64,000 nt of DNA, from assembly GCF_000315625.1 (NCBI RefSeq), contig NW_005434643.1, forward strand, positions 277,581 to 341,580, read 5' to 3'. The notes beneath the pieces are model-generated. The model was not told where the DNA came from and ran no database searches. It saw nothing but the letters and a program-made list of their open reading frames with translations. This document shows, piece by piece, positions 11,304 to 23,591 of this stretch; position 1 is the stretch's first letter, and every line of letters begins with the position of its first letter. A program made the position numbers and the translations under genes. The DNA comes from Guillardia theta CCMP2712. Its lineage: Eukaryota; Protista; Cryptophyta.

Positions 11304-14300
11304 CTACTGCTCTGTCTTGAACTGATCCTCCTGCAAGCCTTCCTTCTGCAGCATCTGACGCTGCCGCACTGTCAGCGTGTGGTAGCAGAGGAAGGAGGGG
11401 GGGAGGGAAGGAGGAGAAGAGGAGGATACGCATGAGAGCGGGGCGGTGAGAGGGGAGGGGGACGGCGAGTTACCTTAAGCTCTTCGCGATTCTCATAGGA
11501 ATCGACGATCTTGTGCGCGTCAGCGACGATGAGATTCTCAATCAGAATCTGGAGGGGGAGGAGAGACGTCAGTAGGGGAGGAGGAGCAGAGGACCGAGCC
11601 AGGGAGAAGTGAGAGGAGGAGGAAGGAGGGAGAGGGGAGAGGAATGGGTGAGAATGTTTGGAGAGGGGGAAGTTGGGGGAGAAGAGGATGAGGAGAAGCA
11701 AGGGAGGAGACAGGAGAAGTGGAGGAGTAGGAAGAGGAGGTGGTGGTGGAGGAAGAGGGGTGGGAGGAGAGAGATGAGTCGGAGTGAGAGAAAAAGGAGG
11801 AGGATGAGGTTGAAGGGAGGAAGAGGGAGAGAGGAGGAACGGTGAACCTTGGCGATGAAGAGGAGATGCTCGAGGATGGCAACAGCCCAGAGGCGGTCGA
11901 CGAGGGTCATGTTGGCGTGATAGAAGTAGACGGAATGAGCAGTAAGACCCACCAGGCAGGAGTTGGTCACGATCGAGAGCGTCCCGAACAAGCTGAGGAC
12001 CGACTGAAGCAAACCTCAGCTCCCCGAGAGATGGAAAGGAGGAGGGGATGAGGGGAAGGAAGGACGTTGGAGGGAAGGGGGAACGAAATGAGATGCAGTA
12101 GGCGAGGAGGAGAAGAGCACAGAGAGGATGGACCAGGGGGAAGCAAGGAAGAAGGCTGGAGCAGAAGAGAGATAAGTGACCTGCCAACTGCCGATGTCTG
12201 CCGCGCACTGATAGGCGGGGCGCTGGTAGGAGAGAAGGAGATCTTGAGCATGGCTGCGAAGGAAGATGAGGTTTAAGGGTAGCGCCGTGACAGCAGCCAT
12301 GGGAAAGAGCGTGCCAAACATGGCGATGAAGCCAAACTGCAGGAGGAGCAAGAAGGTGTGAGAGAGACGTAGAGGTAGAGGCGGAGGAGAGGAGAAGACA
12401 AGGAAGTAGAGAAGGAGAAAACGTGGGAAAGAAGGGGAGGACGAGAAAAGTTAGCCAGACCCTTCTCCTCCATGGCTCTCCTCTTACCTGCATCACGACA
12501 GTCTCGTAGAGGAACGTCACTGGCTTTGACTTGCCCAGCTCCAGCTGCGAGCACGTCAGCACCCACGGCAGCAGGCAGTGCGAGCTGACTCGACCTGCTC
12601 CTCCATGGGCAACTTCACCACCTTAACCTTCGCCGCCTTCCTCAACGAGGCATTGTTGACATGATCGATCCAGAGACGCTTGACGACGGGGAAAACCTGC
12701 CAGGTCGTCATTCCTCCACCTCCCCATTCTCCCCTCTCCTCCTCTCCTTTCTATTTTCCTCTCCTCTTGTCGCACCTTCTCCTCGACTATTCGAAAGGCT
12801 GTCATGGACACGAAGGTGGTGGTGAAAATCCCCTGAGCCACTGGCATGCACTGCCACTGCAAAGTGGCGTCAGAGTCATCCCCTCCTCCTTCTCCTCCTC
12901 CTCCTCCTCCTCCTCCTCCTCCTTCATCTCTTCCTTCATCTCTTCCTCCCCCCCGCCTTCATCCTCCTCCCCTCCCCCTCCTCTTTTTCTTCCTCTTCCT
13001 CTTCTGTCCCTTACCTGCGGGCATCTGAAGGCGGCAAGGACGGACTTGCTGAAGAGGAAGGAGGGCAGACGGTTAGCCGCGAATGCGACAAAACAGATGC
13101 CGAAGTAATTGTTCACGACTTTGAACACCTGCCCCCGACCCAGTCATGCCTCCACCTTCCTGCCTGATACCTTCCTCTTCCTCTTCCTCCTCTTCCTCCT
13201 CCTCGTCCTCGTCCTCGTCCTCCTCCACCACCACCTCCTCTTCCTCAACCTCCTCCTCCTCCACCTCCTCTTCCTGCAACCCCCCCCCCCCTCCTCCTCC
13301 TCTATCACCCCTGCCGCCGCCGCCGCCTTCTCCACCTCCTACTCCTCACCGCAGTTCTCAGGATAGCTGCATCCTCTCGCTCGACCTCTGTCCGCCAGTT
13401 CTCAGCTTGCATTCTCCACGTGAGGAAGCGGTCGAAGACTCGGTTCAGAACTTCTCCCACGACAGAGAATCCGATCCCGCAGACAATCTGAGGGGAGAAG
13501 AGGAGGGAGAGAGAGAGAGTCAGACAGAAAGACAGAAGAATGTCAGGAGGAGAAGAAGGGCAGAGAAACAAACACGAAAGACATAACTGACAGAGAGACA
13601 GAAGGAGCGAGCAAGCGAGCAAGAGAGAGAGAGAGAGAGACAGAAGAGAGAAGGAAAAGTGGGATGACAAAGGAAGGAGTAGAAGCAGAAGGAGGAAGAA
13701 GAAGAAAGGTGGAGGAAGAGGAGAAGGGAAGAGATGGAGCAGGAGCAGGAGCAGGAGCAGGTGCAGGAAAAACGTTCACTCACAGCTCCAACGGTTGTAT
13801 GGCCTGGCTTCATCAATGGACGACAGAAGAAGTAAACAGCGATCGCCATCGCCATCGACACCACGCAGAGAACTCCAATCAGCAGGAAAGTGACGAGGAC
13901 CCTGCTCTGAAGTGTCACCGGCGGAGAATGAGGAGGAGAGGAGAAGGGGGAGGAGAGGAAGGAATGGGATGAAGAGGCAGGGAGAAGGAGAGAGGAAGAG
14001 GTGGAGATGAGGAAGAAGAACCGGTCTCACCTACTCTTTCTGCCACGGGGCGGGAATAAACTGCCCTCATCAAACCAGTACTCCTCCACCTGCAACGAGT
14101 GAGCTCAGCGCTCTGAAAACCCTCGCTTATCCTCCTTCGTCCATTCTACCCTCCTGCTCCTGCCCCTGCTCCTGCCGCTCCCGCTCCTGCTTCCCCTCTC
14201 TCTGGTTCGATCCCTCTTTCGCTCACCTCTCCTGTCAGGGGATTGACGTGCGTGTTTTTGACTGTTGACGGATGATTCTTGAACTCTGTCAACATCACCT

Positions 14301-15835
14301 GCGGCGTTCTTTTACTGCTCTTGCCTCCCCACTCGCTTCTCCCTACCTCCTGCTCTTCGAACTCAAGCGTGTCCCACTCATACCTCAACCTCGCCTCGAG
14401 CCTCCTCCACAGCTGCTCGTCATAGTCACCGATCATTCTAGCAAGAGAGCGAACGAGTGGGTGTGGACGAAGAGAGATAAGGGGGGAGAGGGGGAGGAAG
14501 GATGGGAGGAGAAGGGCGAGGGAGAGAAGAGTGCGAGGAGACGTGAAGAAGTCATCATTAAGAGAAACTGCAAGATTAGGTCTAACAGAGAGGGGGAGAA
14601 AGAAGAATGAAGGAGACTGAGGGAAGGGGAAGCAGACAGCGAGTGCGTTTGTGTTTCCTTGCCAAAGGCTGGAGGGGGGGAGTGCACATCGAAGGGACAG
14701 AAAGGGACCTGGCAGACGAGGATGGACCATATGGACATGCCGATAGCATACACGACGACATATGGATTGTCCCACGAGCCTGTGAGTCTGTGCGAGGCCA
14801 TTTGCGAAAATGTCAAGGCTGTGCCGCAGAGGGCTGGAAGCCATTCCATGGAGATCATGTAGCCGTAGAAGGTGAAGAACAGAGCGACCTGAAGCATCTT
14901 CAGCATCTCTGTCCAACCGTTCCCTCCCCTCCCACTCCTTCCCTTCCTCCCATTCTCTTCTTTCTTCCTCCCCCTCCCTGCTTCTCCTCCTCCTCCTCCC
15001 TCCATTCTCTCTTCCATTCTCCTCCTCCACCAGACCTTCTCTCCGAAGTAGACCTTGATGTCTTCAATGGGCTGCAGCCATCTGTCAGCCTGCGCTGCTC
15101 CTCCCTCCCTCCTTCCCTTCCTTCCTACCTGAGGTGAACTCCAGCTACCCGCCCATTCAGCGACGAGCTTGTAGCGGGCTCGGTCGAAGTGCATGTAGAA
15201 GTATCCGATGATAACAGGACTATCTCCTTCCATGAGACTCTCGGGGTCGATCGCTCTGCTCCTGCTCATCATCCGTCAGCTCACCAGGACCATCATGCTT
15301 CTCCTCACGTCTGCGGCCCACTGCCATCGTCTATCGGCTCGCTGCGAATGATCCTGTCCGTGATTTCCAGCTGCTGCAAGCTGCTGAAGTGGCCGATCGC
15401 CTTGTCTGCGGGCTCGAGGAAGCGATCTTTGCCTTGCGGCCCCTCCACTAACTTCTTGCTGAACATGCACAACGCTCCTCCATGCTTGTCTTGCAGCCGG
15501 AGGCGGATGCCTCGAGCTTGGGCTTGCATTGCCATGAGGTGGTCGGGCGTGCTGACGTTGAGGAAGAGCTTGTCTCCTGCACGGTTGATCCTCTGCTCCA
15601 CCTCAAGGTTCAGCTTCCGCAGCTTCTTCATCATGTCCTCCCGCTGCTCCTTGCTCTTCTCCAGCTCGCTCTCATCCAGGACTGAATCTTCATCGGGAAG
15701 GCTGAAGGCAATGCAGATCGAAGGAGGCGCCAGGAGAGCGGCTGCGAGCTCAGCCTCTCCATCCTCCTCCTTGTCATCGTCCTCATCATCCAGGCGCTTG
15801 TAGCGATTGCTCATCACTACATTCTTCCCCACCAT
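11304..15835 (-). CDS. Anoctamin/TMEM16 family Ca2+-activated channel/scramblase, multi-exon
   Basis: Exons QPIEDIKVYFGEK, VALFFTFYGY, LWRRLEARLRYEWD, ENWRTEVEREDAAI, KVVNNYFGICFVAF, QFGFIAMFGTLFPMA, QRP...ADIGSWQ, IVTNSCL, LEHLLF; last exon RQMLQKEG...EQ* with stop at 11304-11306; start approximate. Confidence 0.92.
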
Positions 15836-16141
15836 CTCGATGGAAGAAGAGCGCTTTAGCGATGCTCGACAAGCGCTGATCAAGAACAAGCCGCCAGGAA
15901 CATCACGTCCTCACTCGAGCATGAACGGTGAAGGAGGGAGCACCAGCATAGAGTCTGATCAGGGGAGGGATGCCGATAGTGCATTCCGATTCCCATACAG
16001 ATTCCCATATAGATCGCGGTATGAGTGGGGAAGTGGGTCGTAGAGCCGGCCCGGGGTCGCCAGTGATATGCCAATGCCGGGTGACCAGTCACTGAGCCTT
16101 TTAGGCTGTGGGGGGATGAGGGAGGGGGCGTGGGGAGAAAA

Positions 16142-18608
16142 ATGAAAGGGCTGGTCGGACGGGGGGGCATGGCGTGCTGGAGGATGAGAGGGGAGGCAGA
16201 GGAGCTGAGAAAGGCCAAGACACGTGAGATCAGCTCTCGAATGATGGCACATGCTCATCAGTGCCTGCGGGCTGAATCGTCTCACCCTCACCCTCCACGC
16301 GCATGCTCGTCTCTGCGAGGGAATCTGGCTGTACGAGAGTTCCATGCTGGGATGGCCGATGTCAGGGGCTGGAGATGGTCAACGGAGCATGCATGCAGGA
16401 TAAGCTCTCTCTACTCAACCCGGGATCCTGCATGGAGGAGAAACGTCATCTCAAAACCTCCTGAGGAGAGCGAGGAAGTGAACTACCTGCGCGGGGTGCC
16501 GCAGGAGAACATTCGCAACTTCTCTATCATAGCTCACATTGATCACGGAAAGAGCACCCTCTCTGACCGCCTCCTGCAACTCACCAACACCAAACTATCC
16601 GAGCAGAGGGATCAGTACATGGACAAACTGCAGGTGGAGAGGGAAAGGGGCATCACTGTCAAAGCGCAATCTGCCAGTCTCTTTTACCAGCAGGACGGGA
16701 AGGACTACCTGCTCAACCTGATCGACACCCCGGGGCACGTGGACTTCTCCTACGAGGTCTCAAGGAGTCTGGCAGCTTGCGAGGGAGTCATCCTCCTCAT
16801 AGATGCCAGCCAGGGGATCGAGGCTCAGACCCTCGCCAACCATGCGCTTGCTACCAAGAACGGCCTCAAGATCATCCCCTGCATGAACAAGATCGACCTT
16901 CCTCATGCTGACCCCGATCGGGTCGCTGCTCAAGTCCACGCAGCCCTGGGCTATGCCAAGGAGGAGATCCTACAAGTGTCAGGGAAGACTGGGGTGGGGG
17001 TCGAAGAGCTGCTAAGAGCAGTGATCGAGAGGATCCCTCCTCCTACGGGCTCCCTGCAGAACGGACTGCGCGCGCTGGTGTTCGACACGTGGTACGAGAC
17101 GTTCAAGGGAGTCGTGTCGCTGATCCGGGTGATGGAGGGTCAGATTGCGCACGGGGAGAAGTTTCTCATGAAGTCTACTGACAAGACGTACGAGGTCCAC
17201 GAGCTGGGAATCATGCATCCTGAAGCCACTCCCGTTACCCGCCTGCAGGCTGGTCAGGTCGGCTACATCCTGTGCAACATGAAGTCTCCAGCTGAAGCTC
17301 GGGTGGGCGACACAGTCTGCAGCGACGCGTCTGTGGAAGCGCTTAAGGGGTTCCAGCCGCCCGTGCCAATGGTGTTCGCCGGGATCTATCCGATCGACGC
17401 GAGCGACTTTGACGCGCTGAACAAGGCGATTTCGAAGCTGCTGCTCAACGACACATCGGTCAGCATCTTCAAGGAGAGCTCCAACGCTCTCGGGCTCGGG
17501 TTCCGGTGCGGATTCCTGGGCCTCCTCCACATGGATGTGTTCCGGCAGCGACTGGAGCAGGAGCACAACGCAGACATCATCATCACCAACCCGACGGTTC
17601 CGTTCCGAGTCCGCCTCAAGAAGAACCCGAAGGAGTTCGTCACCATCTCCAACCCGAGCGACTTCCCGGACCAGTCGCAGGTGATTGAGTTCGAAGAGCC
17701 CGTGGTGAAAGCCAGCTTGCTCATGCCTACCGAGGTTAACCGCTGACTTCACTTGCTGGCCTCGTGCTGACTGAGACTTTTCCTTCAGCACCTCGGGGGT
17801 GTCATGGAGCTCTGCACGTCGAGGAGAGCGAGGGATCTGGACATGGTGTACTTGGACTCCGGGCAGGTCCTGCTCAAGTGCATCCTTCCTCTCGGCGAGA
17901 TCGTCATCGATTTCTACGACAAGATCAAGGGGATCTCAGCGGTACGAGGCAGCTGGGCGCAAGCAGAGACTTTGCGCTTTGACTGGCTGTCTGGCAGGGA
18001 TACGCTAGCCTGGAGTATGAGCCCGCAGGGTTCCAGCAAGCTCAGATCAGTAAAGTCACGTTCCACCTCAACGGAAAGCCAGTGGATGCGTTGACCACCA
18101 TCGTCCATCACACCAATGCAGAGCAGGTCTTGTATCATGGCAGCTCTTGATGATGCTCTTCCCCGTCCTGTCCCCTCTCCTCTTGTCTCCTTGTCTTGAC
18201 CTGCTCTCGTGCCGCCACCTCATGGAAGAGTCTGCAGGTGGGACGCAGAGTTACAGAAAAGCTGAAGGAGGTGCTGGATAGGCAGCAGTTTGAAGTTGCG
18301 GTCCAAGCCATGGTGGGAGGGAGGGTGATCGCTAGAGAGACCATCAAGGCTGTGAGGAAGAACGTGCTCTCCAGGAGCGGCAAGGTCAGCCATTGCTCTC
18401 GTTCCGCTGCTACCTCATCCGCTCCTGGCAGACTGTTGGAGGTGGCGATGTGACGAGGAAGAAGAAGCTGCTCGAGAAGCAGAAGGAGGGGAAGAAGAAG
18501 ATGAAGAGGATTGGTACTTGTACCTCGCTCCCTTCCTGTACTGACCTCTCTTCAGGCGACGTAGAGCTCAGCCAAGATGCGTTCTTGACAGTCATCGACA
18601 ATTCTTGA
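16142..18608 (+). CDS. GUF1: Translation factor GUF1/LepA (EF-4), organellar (probably mitochondrial), multi-exon
   Basis: [90 protein letters not shown]; start codon uncertain. Confidence 0.96.
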
Positions 18609-18613
18609 TCACA

Positions 18614-19446
18614 TCAAATGAAGTTGGGCAAGTAAGTTCCGTCAAAGTCGGCAATTGCGTCGATGTCCATCTCCATATGAACATTCTCAAAGCTCGCCGC
18701 ATTCCCTCTTATTCCCTTGCCTGCCCTCCTCGTCACTTTCAAGTCTTTGCATGTCTCCTTCACCTGTGTGCACTCGATGTCCTTCAGGGGGCAACCAAGT
18801 GTCCAGGAACAGTTTTCGTGTACGTATGTCAACAACCTCGTCCGCAAACCTTGAGGCCTCACTGCTGGTATTCCTATGACTGGGTTACACCAAGTGATGG
18901 TGTAGGGTACCCAGTACCGAAGGGAGGATGTTGTCATTGCCGACCATGGTCGAACTCTCGCCGTTTCTACTTCATTGTCATGACCGGGTTTCCGTCTCGT
19001 TGCAGTTTACCTTTCAGCGCGCTTCTTGCGGTGTCTTGTTTACTTGCCAAAGTCTTGAACACGCTGTCAGTTGCACAACCCAGTCTCACTTGCAGCTCCG
19101 AACCTTGTCCTTTGACATGTCGAGGCTCTTGGACTGAGAGACATGTCCGGGCAACAAGTCCGTCCATGAAAACGTTTTCTTGGCTTCAGACTTTGGTCGT
19201 GTGGGTAAGACAGAGATCAGGAGTCAGCAATCAAAGTACCTTCACCGACGCAAGGTTCTCTGCCACATTCAAGAATCGTGATATACTCGCGCTTGCCTGC
19301 GTCAGAGGCGAGGTGAGGCGGAGAAGAGAGGAGGAGGGAAAAGACCAGCCGATCTCTCCACCGCAAGGCTCTATCCAACTGCCCATGCATCATCTTGATG
19401 TGATCTTGCTCCAGTACGGCGAGCATGTCTACCAATCAATCATTCA

Positions 19447-19500
<54 letters not shown>

Positions 19501-20568
19501 GAAGGCACCAGCAACTTTCAATCGAAGGATCGTCGCTGTCTGAGATGCCACATAGCAGCTCTCTGTTGCTATCTGCGGCCACAGATTGAGAAGAGATTCA
19601 CAGTTCGCACGAGGAGGCTCACGCGATCTCCTGCCGTCAGATCTCCGAGCACAGTTCCTTTGGAGCCCACAGCAACAGTTAGATTCACATCTTGGTGTTC
19701 TCTTCCTGGGATCTGATTCGAATACAGTCAGCACAGCCAGGACGAGCAAAGACAAACAGCAAGTCAAGTTCATGATATCAAGCTAAAAGTCGAGAGCATA
19801 CCTTGCTCTTCGAGTCTTGCTTTGATAGAAATCTGAAGGAAGCGTATGCGGCCTTGCAATGATCAGGCAGGGTAACGCTGCGATGGATTGAGACCTTGAA
19901 AGAAGAACAGGGTGAATTGACAATCATGGACAAGGGTTATCTTACTTGTCCTTCCATAACTACAATCATATCCTCATCCACCTTCCCTTCTTTTCGAACA
20001 CACGAGCCGTACATGAGCCGATCGAACCGAGCCTTGGGTATCAACGAGGCTAATGCACGTTTTCAATGAAATGAGCCGATCAAACACAAAAGCTCCTCAC
20101 ATAGAGCGTCTTCACTGATTCCACGGAATACTGGCGAGTCTTTGAGAACAAGGAGAGCATCAAGCAATATTTCTTCGTCAAAGTACTACAAATTTCATCT
20201 TTGTCATCGTCACGTTGAACACTGTGATAGGAACACCTGACTGCGCAGAACATGGCGCTTCGTTTTGGAACCTAAAACAGTTCCTTTCTTCCACGAGAAT
20301 TTGTGAGACAGCCTCTATAGACAAAACTCAACTCAGCTCTCTCAATACAAACCATCCATGCATGATTGCATTGCTCGTATTGCCTAACCTTGGTGATGCC
20401 AGGTGGCGGGGAGTCGCCCGGAGAGGTTTGCGGTTGATCCTTGAGCTTCAAGCTGCGGTGAGATCGACTACGAGTAGCGAGAGCGTCGTGACGAGCCTTG
20501 CTCACATCCTTCCCTTGCAGCAGGGAGAGGAGGAACGGAGACGCACTCCTTGGGGGCTCTGAGGACAT
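18614..20568 (-). CDS. Hypothetical multi-exon protein, possibly with a cyclic-nucleotide-binding-like region
   Basis: Chain of minus-strand exons with short introns; segment LKDSPVFRGISEDAL...SCVRKEGKVDEDMIVVMEG resembles the start of a cNMP-binding fold; final exon ends LPNFI*. Confidence 0.45.
19446..19500. repeat. (TCA)n trinucleotide repeat
   Basis: Directly visible. Confidence 0.95.
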
Positions 20569-21083
20569 GTGAAGTGCCTAGACGTGTTGACAATAGCAAG
20601 TTCACATATCAACACGTCACGTCCGATAGAGCAACGAGACAGCAAACAGTCGAGATGTGAGCGCATCAGCAGAGAGCATACTTACAACACGACCCGCTCC
20701 TCGCCTCTTGCCTGCCCTTGTGCATGCGCGACCAACGGCTGATACATGGAAGGCCAGGGGTCCGGGGTTCGTTCACATGCAACTTGATGCTAATGTTCAG
20801 AAGGGGCCCCAAAACAGCCTTGATAACTTTAAATTAGAACCAAGCGTTTGGTGGAAGATTCAAACTTTGACGACAAACTCCGACAAGCTTCCTCACAGAC
20901 AAAACTTGACCGACACACGACAAGAAAGAAGAGTCGAGAGAGAGGAGACAATACAAGACATGGCAGGAGAGTGTGGTGCATACAAATATTCCAGTGAGTG
21001 TTTATTGGAAAATCACGGTTAATCAAACAAACCAAGACAAGAAACCAGATATCATGTCTCAAGAAAAACACAATCGTACAGCT

Positions 21084-23036
21084 TTAGTCAACCTCCTCAA
21101 TGTGAGGGCCACCACTGCTCTCCCCAGCTCCCGATGCGGCAGCTCCTTCGCCTCCCATGCCCATGCCTCCCGGCATTTGCCCTCCGGCCGAGTACAGCTT
21201 CGTCATGATCGGCATGGCCACCTGCTCAAGCGCCTTCTGCTTGGCCTCGTACTCCTCGGGTGCGGCGCCATGGTTGGCCTCGAGCCAAGAGATGGTCTCC
21301 TCGATCTTTGCAGTGAGCGACGACTTGTCCGACTCGTCGATTTTGCCGGCAACCTTGTCGTCATTGAGCGTGTTCTTGAGTGAGTAGGCGTAGTTCTCCA
21401 GCGCGTTGCGAGCCTCGACCTTCTTGCGCTGTCGCTCGTCTTCCTCCTTGAAGCGCTCCGCCTCCCGCACCATGCGCTCGATGTCGTCCTGGCTGAGGCG
21501 ACCCTTGTCGTTGGTGATGGTGATCTTGTTCTGCTTGCCCGTGGACTTGTCCTGCGCCGAGACGTTCATGATGCCGTTGGCGTCGAGGTCGAAGGAGACT
21601 TCGATCTGAGGGACGCCGCGGGGGGCCGGCGGGATGCCGTCGAGCTGGAACTTGCCTAGCAGGTTGTTGTCTTTGGTCATCTGGCGCTCGCCCTCAAAGA
21701 CCTGGATGAGCACGCCGGGCTGGTTGTCGGCGTAGGTGGAGAAGGTCTGCGACTTCTTGCAGGGGATGGTCGTGTTGCGCTCGATGAGCTTGGTCATGAC
21801 GCCGCCTGCCGTCTCGATGCCGAGCGACAAGGGCGCAACGTCGAGCAGCAGCAGGTCCTGCGTCTTCTGCGAGTCCACGCCAGCAAGGATGGCAGCCTGG
21901 ACGGCAGCACCGTAGGCGACGGCCTCGTCAGGGTTGATGCTCTTGTTCAGCTCCTTGCCATTGAAGAAGTCCTGCAGCAGCGACTGGACCTTGGGGATGC
22001 GGGTTGACCCGCCGACCAGCACGATCTCGTTGACCTGGCCCTTGGAGATCTTGGCGTCGCGCAGCACGCGGTCCACAGGGTCCATGGTCGCTCGGAAGAG
22101 GTCCGCGCAGAGCTCCTCGAACTTGGCACGCGTGATGTTGGTGTAGAAGTCGATGCCGTCATAGCACGAGTCCACCTCGATGGTCGTCTGCGCCGCCGAC
22201 GACAGCGTGCGCTTGGCACGCTCGCACGCCGTGCGGATGCGCCTGAGGGCGCGGGCGTTGTCGGAGGGGTCCTTCTTGTGCTTGCGCTTAAACTCCTGCA
22301 GCACGTACTGCACGAGGCGGTTGTCGAAGTCCTCGCCTCCCAGGTGCGTGTCGCCTGCCGTCGCCTTCACCTCGAAGATCCCGTCGTCGATGGTCAGTAG
22401 CGACACATCGAAAGTGCCTCCGCCCAGGTCGTAGATGAGGATGTTGCGCTCGCCCGAGCCCTTCTTCTCCAGGCCGTAGGCGATGGCAGCTGCAGTCGGC
22501 TCGTTGATGATGCGCAGGACGTTGAGACCCGCAATCATGCCCGCGTCCTTGGTCGCCTGGCGCTGGGAGTCGTTGAAGTAGGCCGGCACCGTGATGACGG
22601 CATGCTTGACCTCCTTGCCGAGGTAGGCCTCGGCGGTCTCCTTCATCTTGGTGAGGACCATGGACGAGATCTCCTCGGGCGAGAAGGTCTTGGTCTGGCC
22701 CTTGTACTCGGCCTGGATGTGGGGCTTGCCGTCCTTGGGGACTACCTTGAAGGGGAAGTGCTTCAAGTCGTTCTGGAGGGCGGGGTCGTCCATCTTGCGG
22801 CCGATGAGGCGCTTGGCGTCGAAGATTGTGTTGTGAGGGTTCATGGCGGCCTGGTTTTTGGCGGCATCGCCGATGAGGCGCTCGCTGTCGGTGAAGGCAA
22901 CCCAGGAGGGGGTCGTGCGGTTACCTTGGTCGTTTGCGATGATCTCGCAGCGCTCTTGCTGCCAGATGCCGACGCAGGAGTAGGTAGTGCCGAGGTCGAT
23001 GCCAACGGCGGGTCCGTCGATCTTCTTGTTAGACAT
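21084..23036 (-). CDS. HSP70: Cytosolic heat shock protein 70, intronless (copy 1, 650 aa)
   Basis: [35 protein letters not shown]-terminal EEVD; true ATG at 23036 by alignment with copy 2. Confidence 0.99.
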   Translation of the reverse strand: MSNKKIDGPAVGIDLGTTYSCVGIWQQERCEIIANDQGNRTTPSWVAFTDSERLIGDAAKNQAAMNPHNTIFDAKRLIGRKMDDPALQNDLKHFPFKVVPKDGKPHIQAEYKGQTKTFSPEEISSMVLTKMKETAEAYLGKEVKHAVITVPAYFNDSQRQATKDAGMIAGLNVLRIINEPTAAAIAYGLEKKGSGERNILIYDLGGGTFDVSLLTIDDGIFEVKATAGDTHLGGEDFDNRLVQYVLQEFKRKHKKDPSDNARALRRIRTACERAKRTLSSAAQTTIEVDSCYDGIDFYTNITRAKFEELCADLFRATMDPVDRVLRDAKISKGQVNEIVLVGGSTRIPKVQSLLQDFFNGKELNKSINPDEAVAYGAAVQAAILAGVDSQKTQDLLLLDVAPLSLGIETAGGVMTKLIERNTTIPCKKSQTFSTYADNQPGVLIQVFEGERQMTKDNNLLGKFQLDGIPPAPRGVPQIEVSFDLDANGIMNVSAQDKSTGKQNKITITNDKGRLSQDDIERMVREAERFKEEDERQRKKVEARNALENYAYSLKNTLNDDKVAGKIDESDKSSLTAKIEETISWLEANHGAAPEEYEAKQKALEQVAMPIMTKLYSAGGQMPGGMGMGGEGAAASGAGESSGGPHIEEVD

Positions 23037-23591
23037 GGTAGTGGAAGAAAAGGAAGTGTAGGAAGAGAGAGAAGTCGGAGACAACGGTGCAAGGATGTAG
23101 AGTAGCGCGTGGGCGCCGAAAGCAAGGAAGTTTGTTGGGGGAGGAGGGGCAGGGCTCAGGGTTTTATAGGGGAGGGGTGGGGTCAGCAGAATGTTCTGCA
23201 GGTGCAGCCTGTCCCGGTGTACCGTGGTATTTCTCAAAATTTGTGAAAAATTTGTTCTGAAACTTCAAGCTATCTCAATTAATTTTCCTGATATCTTGAA
23301 ATTTGATGGGTATTTTTGAGCCCTATGAACAATTTCAATTATCAAAACCTAAGAACATTCTACAAACGATTGTTCGATCGAAGGACCCGTCTGTTCTGCC
23401 TAAAAATACCAGCACCCACCCGAATCGAAAGAACATTCGAAACGGGGTGGGTGTGAAATAAAACCCTGATCGCTCCCCCGCTCCTCTCAACAAACTTGCA
23501 GGCACTCCTTGTACGCTAGTTCTCAACCAACACCTCCTCCTCCTCAGCACTTACTTGTCTCTCTTCCTACACTTCCTTCTCTTCCTCTACC
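23037..23591. promoter_or_regulatory. Shared divergent HSP70 promoter with heat-shock elements and a TATA-like box for each copy
   Basis: nGAAnnTTCn at 23188-23197, 23352-23361 and 23430-23439; CTATAAAACCCTGA (minus, about 23156-23169) and AATAAAACCCTGA (plus, about 23457-23469) are homologous. Confidence 0.8.

Noticed and set aside
10370-14610. Many poly-Leu/Ser/Pro/Glu/Arg ORFs
   Set aside because: Translations of intronic GAG/CTC microsatellites.
23037-23237. 67-aa N-terminal extension of HSP70 copy 1 in the ORF track
   Set aside because: It starts at a non-ATG codon and runs through the TATA/HSE promoter; the ATG at 23036 matches copy 2.
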